Shown here piece by piece: positions 28,382-38,112 of a DNA stretch of 64,000 bases (within the stretch, counting starts at the first letter, position 1; every line of letters starts with the position of its first letter). This DNA is from an uncultured Clostridia bacterium (GTDB taxonomy: Bacteria; Bacillota; Clostridia; Oscillospirales; Butyricicoccaceae): positions 153 to 64,152 of the forward strand of contig CALZUY010000004.1 in assembly GCA_945829445.1 (NCBI GenBank), given 5' to 3'. Both the position numbers and the translations under genes were made by a program. The notes beneath the pieces were generated by a model. The model was not told the DNA's origin. It did not search any database and saw nothing but the letters and a program-made list of their open reading frames with translations.

Positions 28382-29662
28382 TCATGGAAAAATTTCTCTT
28401 CCGTGCACATATTTTTTCACGACATGGCATTGTTCAGATAAATGAATGATTCGCTCCAGCCTCTGATGAAGATTCAACTCCTGTGGATGTACCAGATCAT
28501 GGTCATCTATTACAACAGCGTCAAATTCATAGCCTGCTTCAAAACTGCCGACCTTGCCAAAGAAGCTGCCTCCTCCGATGGTGCCCATGTAGAAAGCCTC
28601 TTCCATCGTTAATGGCGGCGTCTGTTCGTCAACATAACGCCAGCGCAGTTTGGAAACAGCAATCGCATCCGACATCGCTTTCAGAATAGACGAGGATTCT
28701 CCGGCAGACAAATCGGTTGCCAGGCCAATTTTCAGCCCGTCATTCAGATATTTTTTTGCCGGTGCAATGCCGGAGGAAAGGTTTTGATTGGAAGCCGGGC
28801 TATGTGCAATCATTACACCGCCCTTTTTCATCAGTTCGATTTCGGCATCGGGACACCATACGCAATGTGCCATGATTGTCGGTGTATTTCCAAAAAGTCC
28901 CCATTTTTCGTAGGCGTGTCCATATGTTTCTGCCCAGGGACAAAGCTCCTTTACCCATGCGATCTCTGACTGGTTTTCTGACAAATGGGACTGTACAGGC
29001 AATTGGTACTGCGCTGCAATATGCCCCAGCTCCTGTAACAGTTCATCTGTACAGCTCGGGACAAACCGCGGCGTTAGCATGGGTTTTGTTCTGCTGTACC
29101 GCCCTTCGATCTGTTCCAGCCATGTGATCGTGCCTGCAATTGAATCTGCCGTACTTTCCACAAGCCCTTCCGGACTGTTCCGATCCATATTGACCTTGCC
29201 GACATATGTGCACAATCCGCTGCGTTCCAGTTCATCCATCAGCAAAACTGTGGCCGGCACATGAACGGTTGCGAAAATGCAGGCGCGTGTGGTCGCTCCC
29301 TGCTTCAGTTCACGGACAAACATGCCATACGCATGTCGAGCATACTCCAAATCGGCAAACTTTGTTTCCTCCGGGAACGTATAGGTATTCAGCCAGTCCA
29401 GCAGCTGAAGATCCATTGCCATTCCGCGATTGCCAAACTGCGGCGCATGGGTATGCAGATCGGTCAATCCGGGAATGACCACAGAATCACCGAAATCATA
29501 TACCGGCAGATTGGAAAACTGCTCTGGCAGCTCATGGAACACACCGGCAGATAATCCATCTGCACAGACTGCATAACAGGATTCTCCACAGAATACAGTC
29601 TGGGAATCAACACTGTAGCAGATATTACCTTTTAATACAAAGCTGTTTTGTTGTGATGACAC
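28382..29662 (-). CDS. guaD: Guanine deaminase (amidohydrolase)
   Basis: PGLTDLHTHAPQ, TPRFVPSC, QSHLSEN, HSPASN, LATD. Confidence 0.88.
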   Translation of the reverse strand: MSSQQNSFVLKGNICYSVDSQTVFCGESCYAVCADGLSAGVFHELPEQFSNLPVYDFGDSVVIPGLTDLHTHAPQFGNRGMAMDLQLLDWLNTYTFPEETKFADLEYARHAYGMFVRELKQGATTRACIFATVHVPATVLLMDELERSGLCTYVGKVNMDRNSPEGLVESTADSIAGTITWLEQIEGRYSRTKPMLTPRFVPSCTDELLQELGHIAAQYQLPVQSHLSENQSEIAWVKELCPWAETYGHAYEKWGLFGNTPTIMAHCVWCPDAEIELMKKGGVMIAHSPASNQNLSSGIAPAKKYLNDGLKIGLATDLSAGESSSILKAMSDAIAVSKLRWRYVDEQTPPLTMEEAFYMGTIGGGSFFGKVGSFEAGYEFDAVVIDDHDLVHPQELNLHQRLERIIHLSEQCHVVKKYVHGREIFP

Positions 29663-30116
29663 AGCAATTCAGCCTCCTTTCCATATGCAAAGCATTGCAA
29701 TCCTGTTTCATCCATTTTAACAGAGAATGGACCGGCAAGTAAAGCATGGTACACGTTGTTTCTGCAATCAGCGTGGTTTTAAATTCCTCGATGCTGTTCA
29801 GCGCTTCCATTGTACCGAACATCTTAACGGGTGTAAAGTGCGTGTAATGACATTCAATATTCATAATGCGGTAATCCACCGCGCGCACCTTTCCGTCCAA
29901 TAAGAGATAGACGCGGTCAACAGGATCTCCTTCGTGAATGAAGGCTTGATTGGCATCGACCGTGAGAATATGGATATCTTCAAATAACCATATCGGTGCA
30001 TTGTGCAGCAGTCGAAAAAGATAATCCGCCCGTTCATCCGGAAGCTCTTTTATCAGCTGTGACAATCGTCCCTGACTGCTTAACATGTGATCTTTTTCCA
30101 TGAGCTTCTCCTCCAA
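29625..30116 (-). pseudogene. Crp/Fnr regulator truncated after the cNMP-binding domain
   Basis: FIHEGD.V.RVYLLLDG and FGTMEAL..TTLIAET beta-barrel; no HTH; ORF runs into the guaD RBS. Confidence 0.65.
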
Positions 30117-30129
30117 TGCTCCGCTGAAA

Positions 30130-31317
30130 TCAAAGCAAACGATTTAGCAGGGAATGTCCAATGGTATTTTCCGGCATTGGAACGCCGAAATTCTCCGCAA
30201 TGGTAGCGCCGATGACGGCAAAGGTATCCTGCTCCTCCAGTTCCCCGCTTCCCTGCATCGAGGGCGACCAGGCAAGAAATGGAACCTTTTCACGGGTGTG
30301 GTCGGTACCGGTATAGGTCGGATCATTGCCATGATCCGCAGTCAGAATCAGGAGATCATCCGCCTTCAGCTTGGGCAGCAGATCGCCCAGCTTGCGGTCA
30401 AATGCCTCAATTTCACGCGCATATCCGTCCGGGTTGCGGCGATGTCCCCAAAGGGCATCGAAATCAACCAGATTGACAAAGCACAGACCGGTAAAATCTG
30501 TATCCGCTGTTGCAATCGTCTGCTCCATGCCGTGTACAGAGCTTTTGGATTTCTGCGCATTGGTAATGCCTTCCTCTGCAAAAATATCGACAATTTTTCC
30601 GATGGAAAGGACATCATAGCCGTGATCCTTCAGTACATTCAGGACAGTACGTCCATATGGTTTGAGGGCATAGTCATGGCGGTTGCTCGTGCGCTTGAAT
30701 TCCCCTTTTTTCTTTCCGGTATACGGGCGTGCAATGACGCGACCAACCTTCCACTCGGGGCGCATGGTCAGCTCGCGGGCAATTTCACAATAATGATACA
30801 GATTGTCCAGGCCCATGGTCTCCTCATTGCCGCACATCTGCAAAACAGAATCTGCAGATGTGTATACAATCAGATGACCGGTTGCAATTTCCTCTTCCGC
30901 CAGCTCCTCAAGAATTTCTGTGCCGCTGGCGCTTTTATTGCCGATGATTTTGCGTCCGGTGCGCTTTTCCAGTTCCGCAATCAGCTCCGGCGGGAATCCG
31001 GTATCCGTAAAGGTCTGAAATGGTTCCGTAATGTGCAGCCCCATCATTTCCCAGTGTCCGGTCATGGTATCCTTGCCGCAGCTGCGTTCGCACAGCTTTG
31101 CGTAATAACCCATCGGATTTTCGGCAGGGTTAACCTGTACCAGCGGGTGCAGATTTGCAAGCCCCAGCTTTTGCAGGTTCGGGATGTTCAATTCCGGGAC
31201 ACTTTGCGAGATATGTCCCAGTGTATCAACACCGGTGTCACCATATTCCGGAGAATCCGGCATGGCACCGATCCCAAGGGAATCGAGCACAATGGTAAAA
31301 ATGCGTTTATATTTCAT
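30130..31317 (-). CDS. deoB: Phosphopentomutase
   Basis: [51 protein letters not shown]. Confidence 0.97.
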   Translation of the reverse strand: MKYKRIFTIVLDSLGIGAMPDSPEYGDTGVDTLGHISQSVPELNIPNLQKLGLANLHPLVQVNPAENPMGYYAKLCERSCGKDTMTGHWEMMGLHITEPFQTFTDTGFPPELIAELEKRTGRKIIGNKSASGTEILEELAEEEIATGHLIVYTSADSVLQMCGNEETMGLDNLYHYCEIARELTMRPEWKVGRVIARPYTGKKKGEFKRTSNRHDYALKPYGRTVLNVLKDHGYDVLSIGKIVDIFAEEGITNAQKSKSSVHGMEQTIATADTDFTGLCFVNLVDFDALWGHRRNPDGYAREIEAFDRKLGDLLPKLKADDLLILTADHGNDPTYTGTDHTREKVPFLAWSPSMQGSGELEEQDTFAVIGATIAENFGVPMPENTIGHSLLNRLL

Positions 31318-31401
31318 AAAAACTCCTTTTCCGTCCGAATAATCCGGATCGCTGCGATGCGGATGGAGCCGAAGCCCACTCTGTTCGCAGTAAATTGGAT
31401 G

Positions 31402-31755
31402 TTAGTGGGAACCTTTCTTATAGGGAACGCCATTTGCCTTCGGGGTTGCAGAGCGTCCCACAAAGACGACAAGAATGATAATGGTAAGCACGTACGGAAT
31501 CATGCTGATAATCTGTGACGGAATCAGTTCACCCCCGCCGAGGATAACAGCCAGAGCCTGTGCACAGCCAAACAGCAGGCATGCGGCATATACACCGTGG
31601 GGCTTCCATTTGCCGAAGATGACTGCTGCCATCGCAATAAAGCCCTGGCCGGAAATTGCTGTCGGTGAAAAGTGTGAAATAATGCCCAGTGTTACGGTTG
31701 CGCCGCCAAAGCCTGCGAGTACGCCGGAAAGCGTGGTGCAGACATAGCGGTACTT
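31402..31755 (-). pseudogene. C-terminal fragment of nucleoside ABC permease (NupQ/RnsD type)
   Basis: KYRYVCTTLSGVLAGFGGA...GQGFIAMAAVIFGKWKP...PYVLTIIIL...PKANGVPY with no start. Confidence 0.85.
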
Positions 31756-31930
31756 GACTGGTCATTGATACCGCCCGTATCTGTAACCATCGTTACTTTA
31801 AATCAATCTGCGGAACACATGTGCTTCCCTGCTGTTCTTCCAGCTTTTTGTGCTGCCGATTTACAGCCAGTGAGCAGCATGCATCCAGCTATGGCTGCAC
31901 AGCGGCATTGCAGCATTTTCCTTTTTTCAT
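31756..31930 (-). pseudogene. N-terminal fragment of BMP-family nucleoside-binding lipoprotein
   Basis: GGAGG RBS, MKK, lipobox-like LLTGC, FKVTMVTDTGGINDQS; frameshifted and cut at 31756. Confidence 0.8.
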
Positions 31931-31948
31931 GATGATTCCTCCCTGCGC

Positions 31949-32661
31949 TTACAGCTTTATCGCTGTTTCCAATGCAACACCAATCATCTGGCCAAACGTG
32001 CTGCGGCGTTCATCGGCTGACAGATGGGTATCCTTATAGATATGATCGGAAACAGTCATCATTGCCAGCGCCTGCTTGTGTGCCTGTGCCGCATTCAGAT
32101 ACAGTGCAGCGACCTCCATCTCGGCACACAGTACGCCCATCCTGCGCCATGCATCGTTGTAATTGGGATTTGCATTGTAAAATACATCCGATGTAATGAC
32201 ATTGCCGACATCCACCGGAATGTTCTGTGCCTGTGCCGCTTCAATTGCCGCCTGCATAACCGGATAGCTTGCAATGGGAGCAAATGTTCCCGGCAGCTGG
32301 AACTGTGCGGCATAGTTTGAATCGGTGCATGCGCCCATTGCAATCACCAGATCACCCAGCTCCATATCATCCTGCAGCGCACCCGCAGAACCGATGCGAA
32401 TGATGGTGTCTACATCATAAAAATGATACAATTCATAGGTGTACAGTCCGAGCGACGGCATTCCCATGCCGGCACCCATAACAGAAACTTCCCTTCCCTT
32501 ATAGGTGCCGGTGTATCCCAGCATGTTTCATACTGAATTGAAACATTTCGCGTCTTCCAAATAGGTTTCCGCGATCAGTTTTGCACGCAGCGGATCTCCC
32601 GGCATCAGCACAGTCTTTGCGATTTCGCTTTTTTTGCGGCATTGTGTGCAGTCGGTGTCAC
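31949..32661 (-). pseudogene. deoD: Purine nucleoside phosphorylase DeoD, inactivated
   Basis: [10 protein letters not shown] / [15 protein letters not shown]...FNSV*NMLGYTG...GMGMPS...EME; -1 frameshift near 32627 and TGA at 32528-32530 where Arg is conserved. Confidence 0.85.
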
Positions 32662-33443
32662 ACTCTTTTCTCCTTTTCTCGCTCTATCAGCTTCCCGATT
32701 GCTCTGACAGCAGTTCTCACTGCCAGATCGGTATCATGTGCCTGCGGATTGCTCAGCCCGCGCTTTGCACGCTCCTGATTGGCGAGCACCAGCAAAACCG
32801 TACCAATTCGTACACGCAGGCAGCTTGCGACAACAAACAGTGCAGCGGATTCCATCTCAGACGCCAGCGCGCCGCACCGAATCCATGCTTCCCATTTGTC
32901 CATCAGCTCGTAGCTGACCGGCTTGACTTCCGGCTCATGCTGGCCGTAAAAAGAATCTTTGCACTGCACAACGCCGACATAGTGTGTTGCCTTCAGTTCT
33001 TCAGCAGCTTCCGCGAGCGCCTGAACCACTGTTACATCAGCAACAGCCGGGAACTCAATCGGTGCATATTCCTTGCTGGTACCTTCCATGCGGATCGCAC
33101 CGCTCGCAATGACCAGATCTCCGCCCATAATCTCCGGCTGCATACCGCCGCTCGTCCCAACACGGATAAAGGTATGTGCACCGCAGTGCACCAGTTCCTC
33201 CAGCGCAATGGCTGCGGAAGGACCTCCGATTCCGGTGGAAGTCACGCTCACCTTTGTACCGTTCAGTTCACCCGTGTATGTCACAAATTCGCGGCTGTCA
33301 GCCATCAGAACAGCGTTGTCGAGATATTCCGCAATTTTTTTGCAGCGCTTAGGGTCGCCTGTCAGGATCACATAACCGCCAACCTGATCCGGTTTCAATC
33401 CGATATGATACTGATAACCAGAGCCTTCTGCATAATCAATCAT
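32658..33443 (-). CDS. udp: Uridine phosphorylase
   Basis: [38 protein letters not shown]. Confidence 0.95.
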   Translation of the reverse strand: MIDYAEGSGYQYHIGLKPDQVGGYVILTGDPKRCKKIAEYLDNAVLMADSREFVTYTGELNGTKVSVTSTGIGGPSAAIALEELVHCGAHTFIRVGTSGGMQPEIMGGDLVIASGAIRMEGTSKEYAPIEFPAVADVTVVQALAEAAEELKATHYVGVVQCKDSFYGQHEPEVKPVSYELMDKWEAWIRCGALASEMESAALFVVASCLRVRIGTVLLVLANQERAKRGLSNPQAHDTDLAVRTAVRAIGKLIEREKEKRV

Positions 33444-33908
33444 ACTGTCTCCTCCTCTGTCTGTTTCGGGATTCTCTTACCTCATCGAGTCTTATTTTTC
33501 TGCATTTGGTTGCAACACTATGCACATCAGAGTACAATGTCTCTTACCATTTTAACCTTACCCTCTGATTTTGTATAAAATGTTAATTTTCATTGCACTC
33601 AGACCGTCAAATTCAATGAGCTTGCATAAAATATATCACTTTCTCAAGAGGCGAAAAAGGACACATGTCCCTTTCCGTTTCTTTTCTATAGTTTATACAA
33701 ATTTTGGAACAAAGTTTTGTATAGATACACAAAAACACATTGCAGATGTCTAAACCAGTGAAAGATTAAGGTTTTATATATTTAGGACAGACTTTTCTGC
33801 GGTTTTTATGATACAGCCCCGGTCTTCGCCCCGGCGTATTCCTCCGGTTTCCAATTGTTTGCATCCGTTGCTGATGTATGTTACAATACGGGAAACTACA
33901 TCGGAGGA

Positions 33909-34373
33909 ATGGATATGAAAAAGATTTACCTTGCAGGCTTTGATGTATTTTATCCGGATGCAATTCAACGCGGTGAGCGGATGAAGGCTGCGTGCAAAGA
34001 ACGGAATCTGTGCGGGCTGTTTCCATGTGATAATCACGCGGACAATGCCCATGACATCTTTCAGGGAAATGTGGATCTGATTCGTCAGGCAGATATCGTT
34101 GTTGCAAATTTAAACTGGTTCCGCGGACAGGAAATGGACTGCGGAACAGCATTTGAAATCGGTTATGCATATGCCATGGGCAAGGATATCTGGGGGTATC
34201 TCGATGATGATACGCCAATGGTGGAACAACTGGGAGAAATAGATGAAAACGGCTTTTCCGTGGAAAACTTCGGTGCTCCTGTCAACCTCATGATTGCACA
34301 ATCAAGCCATATTGTTTGCGGTTCCTTCACTGACTGCCTGGATGCCGTCAGGAAGCATCTGGATGAATCCTGA
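33909..34373 (+). CDS. Nucleoside 2-deoxyribosyltransferase family protein
   Basis: KIYLAGFDVF, ADIVVANL, DCGTAFEIGYAYAMGK, NLMI; GGAGG RBS. Confidence 0.9.
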   Translation: MDMKKIYLAGFDVFYPDAIQRGERMKAACKERNLCGLFPCDNHADNAHDIFQGNVDLIRQADIVVANLNWFRGQEMDCGTAFEIGYAYAMGKDIWGYLDDDTPMVEQLGEIDENGFSVENFGAPVNLMIAQSSHIVCGSFTDCLDAVRKHLDES

Positions 34374-34496
34374 AGAATAATTGGAAGCTGTAATCCCCTT
34401 TGATATATATAATTATAACACATTTGGAGCATGTGCGGTCACCTGCAATATTCCGCTCATGATATGCTATCGAAAATCAGCGATGAGTCATCTTGA

Positions 34497-34555
34497 ACAC
34501 AAAACACCGAACCGCTGCAAAACAGCAAATGGTTCGGTGTTTCATTTTGTGTTTT
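34497..34555. terminator. Bidirectional terminator between ndt and hppA
   Basis: AAACACCGAACC/GGTTCGGTGTTT inverted repeat between convergent genes. Confidence 0.75.
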
Positions 34556-34607
34556 GACTATTTAACCCGGACAGTGGACAGAAAAACTCTCACGATCTCG
34601 AAAGCCC

Positions 34608-36776
34608 TTATTTTAACAGGCTGCTGATCCAGCTCCAGAGATTGTACTGGCTGAAAATTGATACTGTGACCAGGGAGATATTTGCCATAATTTTGATGAA
34701 GATATCCAGACAGGGACCTACGGTATCCTTTAACGGATCACCTACGGTGTCACCGACAACAGCGGCCTTGTGTGCTTCCGAGCCCTTGCTGTGCCCTTCG
34801 ATTGCTCCGGTTTCAATGTACTTTTTGGCATTGTCCCACGCACCGCCCGCATTGCCGGTAAAAATAGCCAGCATGATAGCACAGATGGTAGAGCCGATCA
34901 AAATACCGCCGACAAATTCAGGGCCAAATACAAAACCACACAGGACAGGGACAATCACTGCCAACAGGGCCGGAACCTTCATCTCACCGATGGCACCTTT
35001 GGACGAAATTTCAATACATGTCTTATAATCCGGCTTGGCAGTACCGGCCAGAATACCAGGAATTTCACGGAACTGACGGCGAACCTCATCAACCATCTTG
35101 CGGGCAGCTTTGGCAACTGCTTCGATCAGGATGCCGGAAAAGATAAATGGAAGCGCGCCGCCGATAATAACACCGGCCAGCGTCATCGGGTTGATGACAT
35201 TTAATACCAGATCCGTGTTGGGATCATTGTAAGAAAAGATATACGAGATCATCAGTGCCAGAGCAGCCAGCGCACCGGAACCAATGGCAAAGCCCTTGCC
35301 GATTGCCGCAGTCGTATTGCCAACCGAATCCAGTTCATCGGTGATCTCACGGACTTGTGGATCGAGACCTGCCATTTCAGCGATACCACCGGCATTGTCA
35401 GAAATAGGACCATAGGTATCTACAGATACAGTAGCAGTTACGAAGGACAGCATGCCCAGAGCACTCATGGCAACACCATAAAAACCGGATACCGTGTATG
35501 CAATGATGATGCCGAGACCGAGCACTATGCAGGGCAGCATACAGGAACGCATTCCCAGAGACATACCCTGTGTAATGGTCAATGCAGTACCTTCCAGCGA
35601 TGCATTTGCAACCTTTTTGGTCGGATCATAGTCAGCGCTGGTATAATATTCAGCAATCATACCCATCAGGATACCGGCGACAATGCCGACCGCAGCACCG
35701 ATAAACGGAGAAATAAATCCGAGCTTGAAATTCAGGCCAGCCAGATTTTCTCCCTTGAATAACAGATATGTAACGACAAAACCAGCAATCAAAGTAATAC
35801 CGGCTGACAGCCATGTAGCTGTATTCAACTCCCGGTGCGGATGGTCAGAGACCTTTTTAAATAGAAGAAAAGCGATGCCAAGAATACATGCAATCAGACC
35901 ACAGCCTGCAAATGCCAGCGGATAAAGGTACAGTTTTTGCAGCATCTCGACAGAAATTTCACCGGTTGTAGCTGCGGAAGTGGCGTACAGATGGAATCCA
36001 AGTAATACAGCGGAAGAAATGGCGCCGACATAGCTCTCCAAAAGGTCAGAACCAAGGCCGGCTACATCGCCTACATTATCGCCTACATTGTCGGCAATTG
36101 TTGCAGGGTTGCGCGGGTCATCTTCCGGGATATTTGCTTCCGTCTTGCCGACCAGATCAGCACCCATATCAGCAGCCTTTGTATAGATACCGCCGCCGAC
36201 ACGGTTGAACATGGCGATGATCGAGCAGCCCAGCGCATAACCGGAAAAAGTCATTGTAAATGGAATAAATGTGACGCCCAGCCAGTTTGTATGCTCAGAC
36301 AAATCCTGCAACTGGCCGAGCCCGATGCCAAAGATGAGATATACAAGAAAGACGCCCAGCAGCGCGAAGCCACCTACACAAAGCCCCATGACAGAACCGC
36401 CCTGGAAAGCGACCTTCAGGGTATCGCCCAGGCTTTTGGTAGTACGGGCCTTATTGGATACACGTACGTTGGAATATGTAGCAATTTTCATACCGATGAA
36501 ACCGGCAGATGCGCTCATACCCGCACCGATGATAAAAGCAACTCCACACTGCCATGACACCGCAAGAGACAGCAGAATGGCTACAATGATGACAACGATA
36601 CACAATATGCGGTATTCATAGTGAATGAACGCGTTTGCACCCACGCGGATTGCAGACGCAATTTCAGACATCTGCTCCGTGCCTTCGTCCATTTTCTTTA
36701 CGGAGAAAAAGTTGAAAACGGCATAGGATAACGAAAGAACCGATGCAAACAAGACGAGAATCAACACACCATTCAT
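34608..36776 (-). CDS. hppA: Membrane pyrophosphatase, K+-dependent type (probable Na+-PPase)
   Basis: GGGIYTKAADMGADLVGK, EDDPRNPATIADNVGDNVGD, GNTTAAIGKG (Ala = K+-dependent determinant), GDTVGDPLKD. Confidence 0.95.
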   Translation of the reverse strand: MNGVLILVLFASVLSLSYAVFNFFSVKKMDEGTEQMSEIASAIRVGANAFIHYEYRILCIVVIIVAILLSLAVSWQCGVAFIIGAGMSASAGFIGMKIATYSNVRVSNKARTTKSLGDTLKVAFQGGSVMGLCVGGFALLGVFLVYLIFGIGLGQLQDLSEHTNWLGVTFIPFTMTFSGYALGCSIIAMFNRVGGGIYTKAADMGADLVGKTEANIPEDDPRNPATIADNVGDNVGDVAGLGSDLLESYVGAISSAVLLGFHLYATSAATTGEISVEMLQKLYLYPLAFAGCGLIACILGIAFLLFKKVSDHPHRELNTATWLSAGITLIAGFVVTYLLFKGENLAGLNFKLGFISPFIGAAVGIVAGILMGMIAEYYTSADYDPTKKVANASLEGTALTITQGMSLGMRSCMLPCIVLGLGIIIAYTVSGFYGVAMSALGMLSFVTATVSVDTYGPISDNAGGIAEMAGLDPQVREITDELDSVGNTTAAIGKGFAIGSGALAALALMISYIFSYNDPNTDLVLNVINPMTLAGVIIGGALPFIFSGILIEAVAKAARKMVDEVRRQFREIPGILAGTAKPDYKTCIEISSKGAIGEMKVPALLAVIVPVLCGFVFGPEFVGGILIGSTICAIMLAIFTGNAGGAWDNAKKYIETGAIEGHSKGSEAHKAAVVGDTVGDPLKDTVGPCLDIFIKIMANISLVTVSIFSQYNLWSWISSLLK

Positions 36777-37039
36777 ACTGAAACCTCCTTTGAACAACGA
36801 TATGTTGTTACAAAAAATATCTAAGAGAATTATATCATACGGAAGGTATTTTATCCACTTATTTATTATGAGAAAAGATAACGTATCATAAATGACCTGT
36901 GTAAGTGTCCAATCATTGCCCGCCGACCATACAAAATCCCGAATGCTTGCTGCATCCGGGAAAAGATCATGATTCCGTTAAAGCATGTATTAGATTGGGG
37001 TTTCAGGACATCAACTGTCCACATTCTCATTGGAAGATT

Positions 37040-37213
37040 TTATCCACATCCTTCATACAGTCCGGAAATCAAATCGTGCTGTTCAGGAGTATGAATATCT
37101 ATGGTACAACCAGATTCGACCTCACTCATATCATGATTACATGACACCATTTGAGAAGCGATATGGTTTGGTATAATTAGGTGGTGGCGTTACAAAAATG
37201 CTTGACCACTACA
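37040..37213 (+). mobile_element. IS3-family transposase 3' remnant with right inverted repeat
   Basis: Frame ending at 37176: AVQEYEYLWYNQIRPHSYHDYMTPFEKRYGLV* (WYN..RPHS....TP integrase-core tail), then GTTACAAAAATGCTTGACCACTACA ending in CA. Confidence 0.7.
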
Positions 37214-37363
37214 CAGGTTCTAGAATAAGAGTAATCAGAAAATCCAGTATAGCGCATCTCTTTGAGTGGAATAGATTATCGTCACTGTTTTTCTGGTATT
37301 GAGAAGATTTCGATCTTATTTTAGTATCAATTGAGCATTTACTTAATTTATTAAGCTCTAATG

Positions 37364-37409
37364 AAAAAGCACCGAATCAAAAGGGATTTGACCCAAATGA
37401 TTCGGTGCT
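37364..37409 (-). terminator. Intrinsic terminator downstream of ole
   Basis: AGCACCGAATCA/TGATTCGGTGCT stem followed by T5 on minus strand. Confidence 0.8.
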
Positions 37410-37424
37410 ATATTTTTAATCAAG

Positions 37425-38037
37425 GGTGGCAGCAGGCAGAGTAAATCTTACGGCTTGAGGTTCGGTTGGATTTCCCCGCAGGCGACCAGCCGTTGCCAGC
37501 TGGCGGTTTCCCATTATGGCCTGTGCCGGGTCGTCACCGATTCCGGGACCGAATTGCCACTTAGTCCGTACTGCAATCCTCTGCCTGCCCAATTACGACA
37601 GCCTAGGTGTTTTCCACGACAGTTGATCAGGTTCTTAGCCTCTTTTGCAAGAGAAGTTTCACAGATCGATACAGATTAAGCCATGGCCGTGGCATAAACC
37701 TGCGGATATCCGCTCCCCTTAACTCACTCAAGGCAGGCTACACTGCACACAGCGTCGTTGGACTCCAAAGAGTACTTTGCACCGCATTGCAGGTTCTTCT
37801 CCTGCCCCGTAAAGCATCCATCAATCCGAAGATGTTTAGGTGCTCCACAGCAACAGGTCTCCACGGAGAAAGGAATCATTCTTATGCCATTAAAAACTAT
37901 CCTAAATCCTTAACCCCCAGCATCCACCCCAAACTGGGCGTAAGAAGCAAACACCAGGGACTTCATCGATATGCCCGTCTACGGATTTTTAGGCCCGTCT
38001 TAGGAACGTGAAAAACTGACTAGAATACTGCGCCACC
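37425..38037 (-). ncRNA. ole: OLE RNA (ornate, large, extremophilic RNA), ~613 nt
   Basis: Minus strand reads GCAGTATTCTAGTCAG...GGGCCTAAAAATCCGT...GGGCATATCGATGAAGTCCCTGGTG...ACGCCCAG...GCTGGGGGTTAAGG...CCGTGGAGACC...GGATTGCAGTACGGACTAAGTGG...GGGAAACCGCC, blocks matching the recalled OLE consensus; 5' GGTGGCGCAG pairs with 3' CTGCTGCCACC; size and position after ispA are canonical; no credible ORF. Confidence 0.93.
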
Positions 38038-38044
38038 GCTACAT

Positions 38045-38073
38045 AATTTACCATATTGTTTGTAAATTTGCAA
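38045..38073 (-). promoter_or_regulatory. sigmaA-type promoter immediately upstream of ole
   Basis: TTGCAA-17-TAAATT with TG extension; predicted start site within a few nt of the OLE 5' end. Confidence 0.6.
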
Positions 38074-38112
38074 GTTGTCGTGCAATTTATTTACAAATTA
38101 TTCGCGATTGAT

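Noticed and set aside
31320-31400. Possible deoC tail (ANRVG) between the permease relic and deoB
   Set aside because: Too short and degenerate to support
37607-38011. 134-aa and 74-aa plus-strand ORFs over 37455-38011
   Set aside because: Antisense to the OLE RNA; no RBS or recognisable protein features
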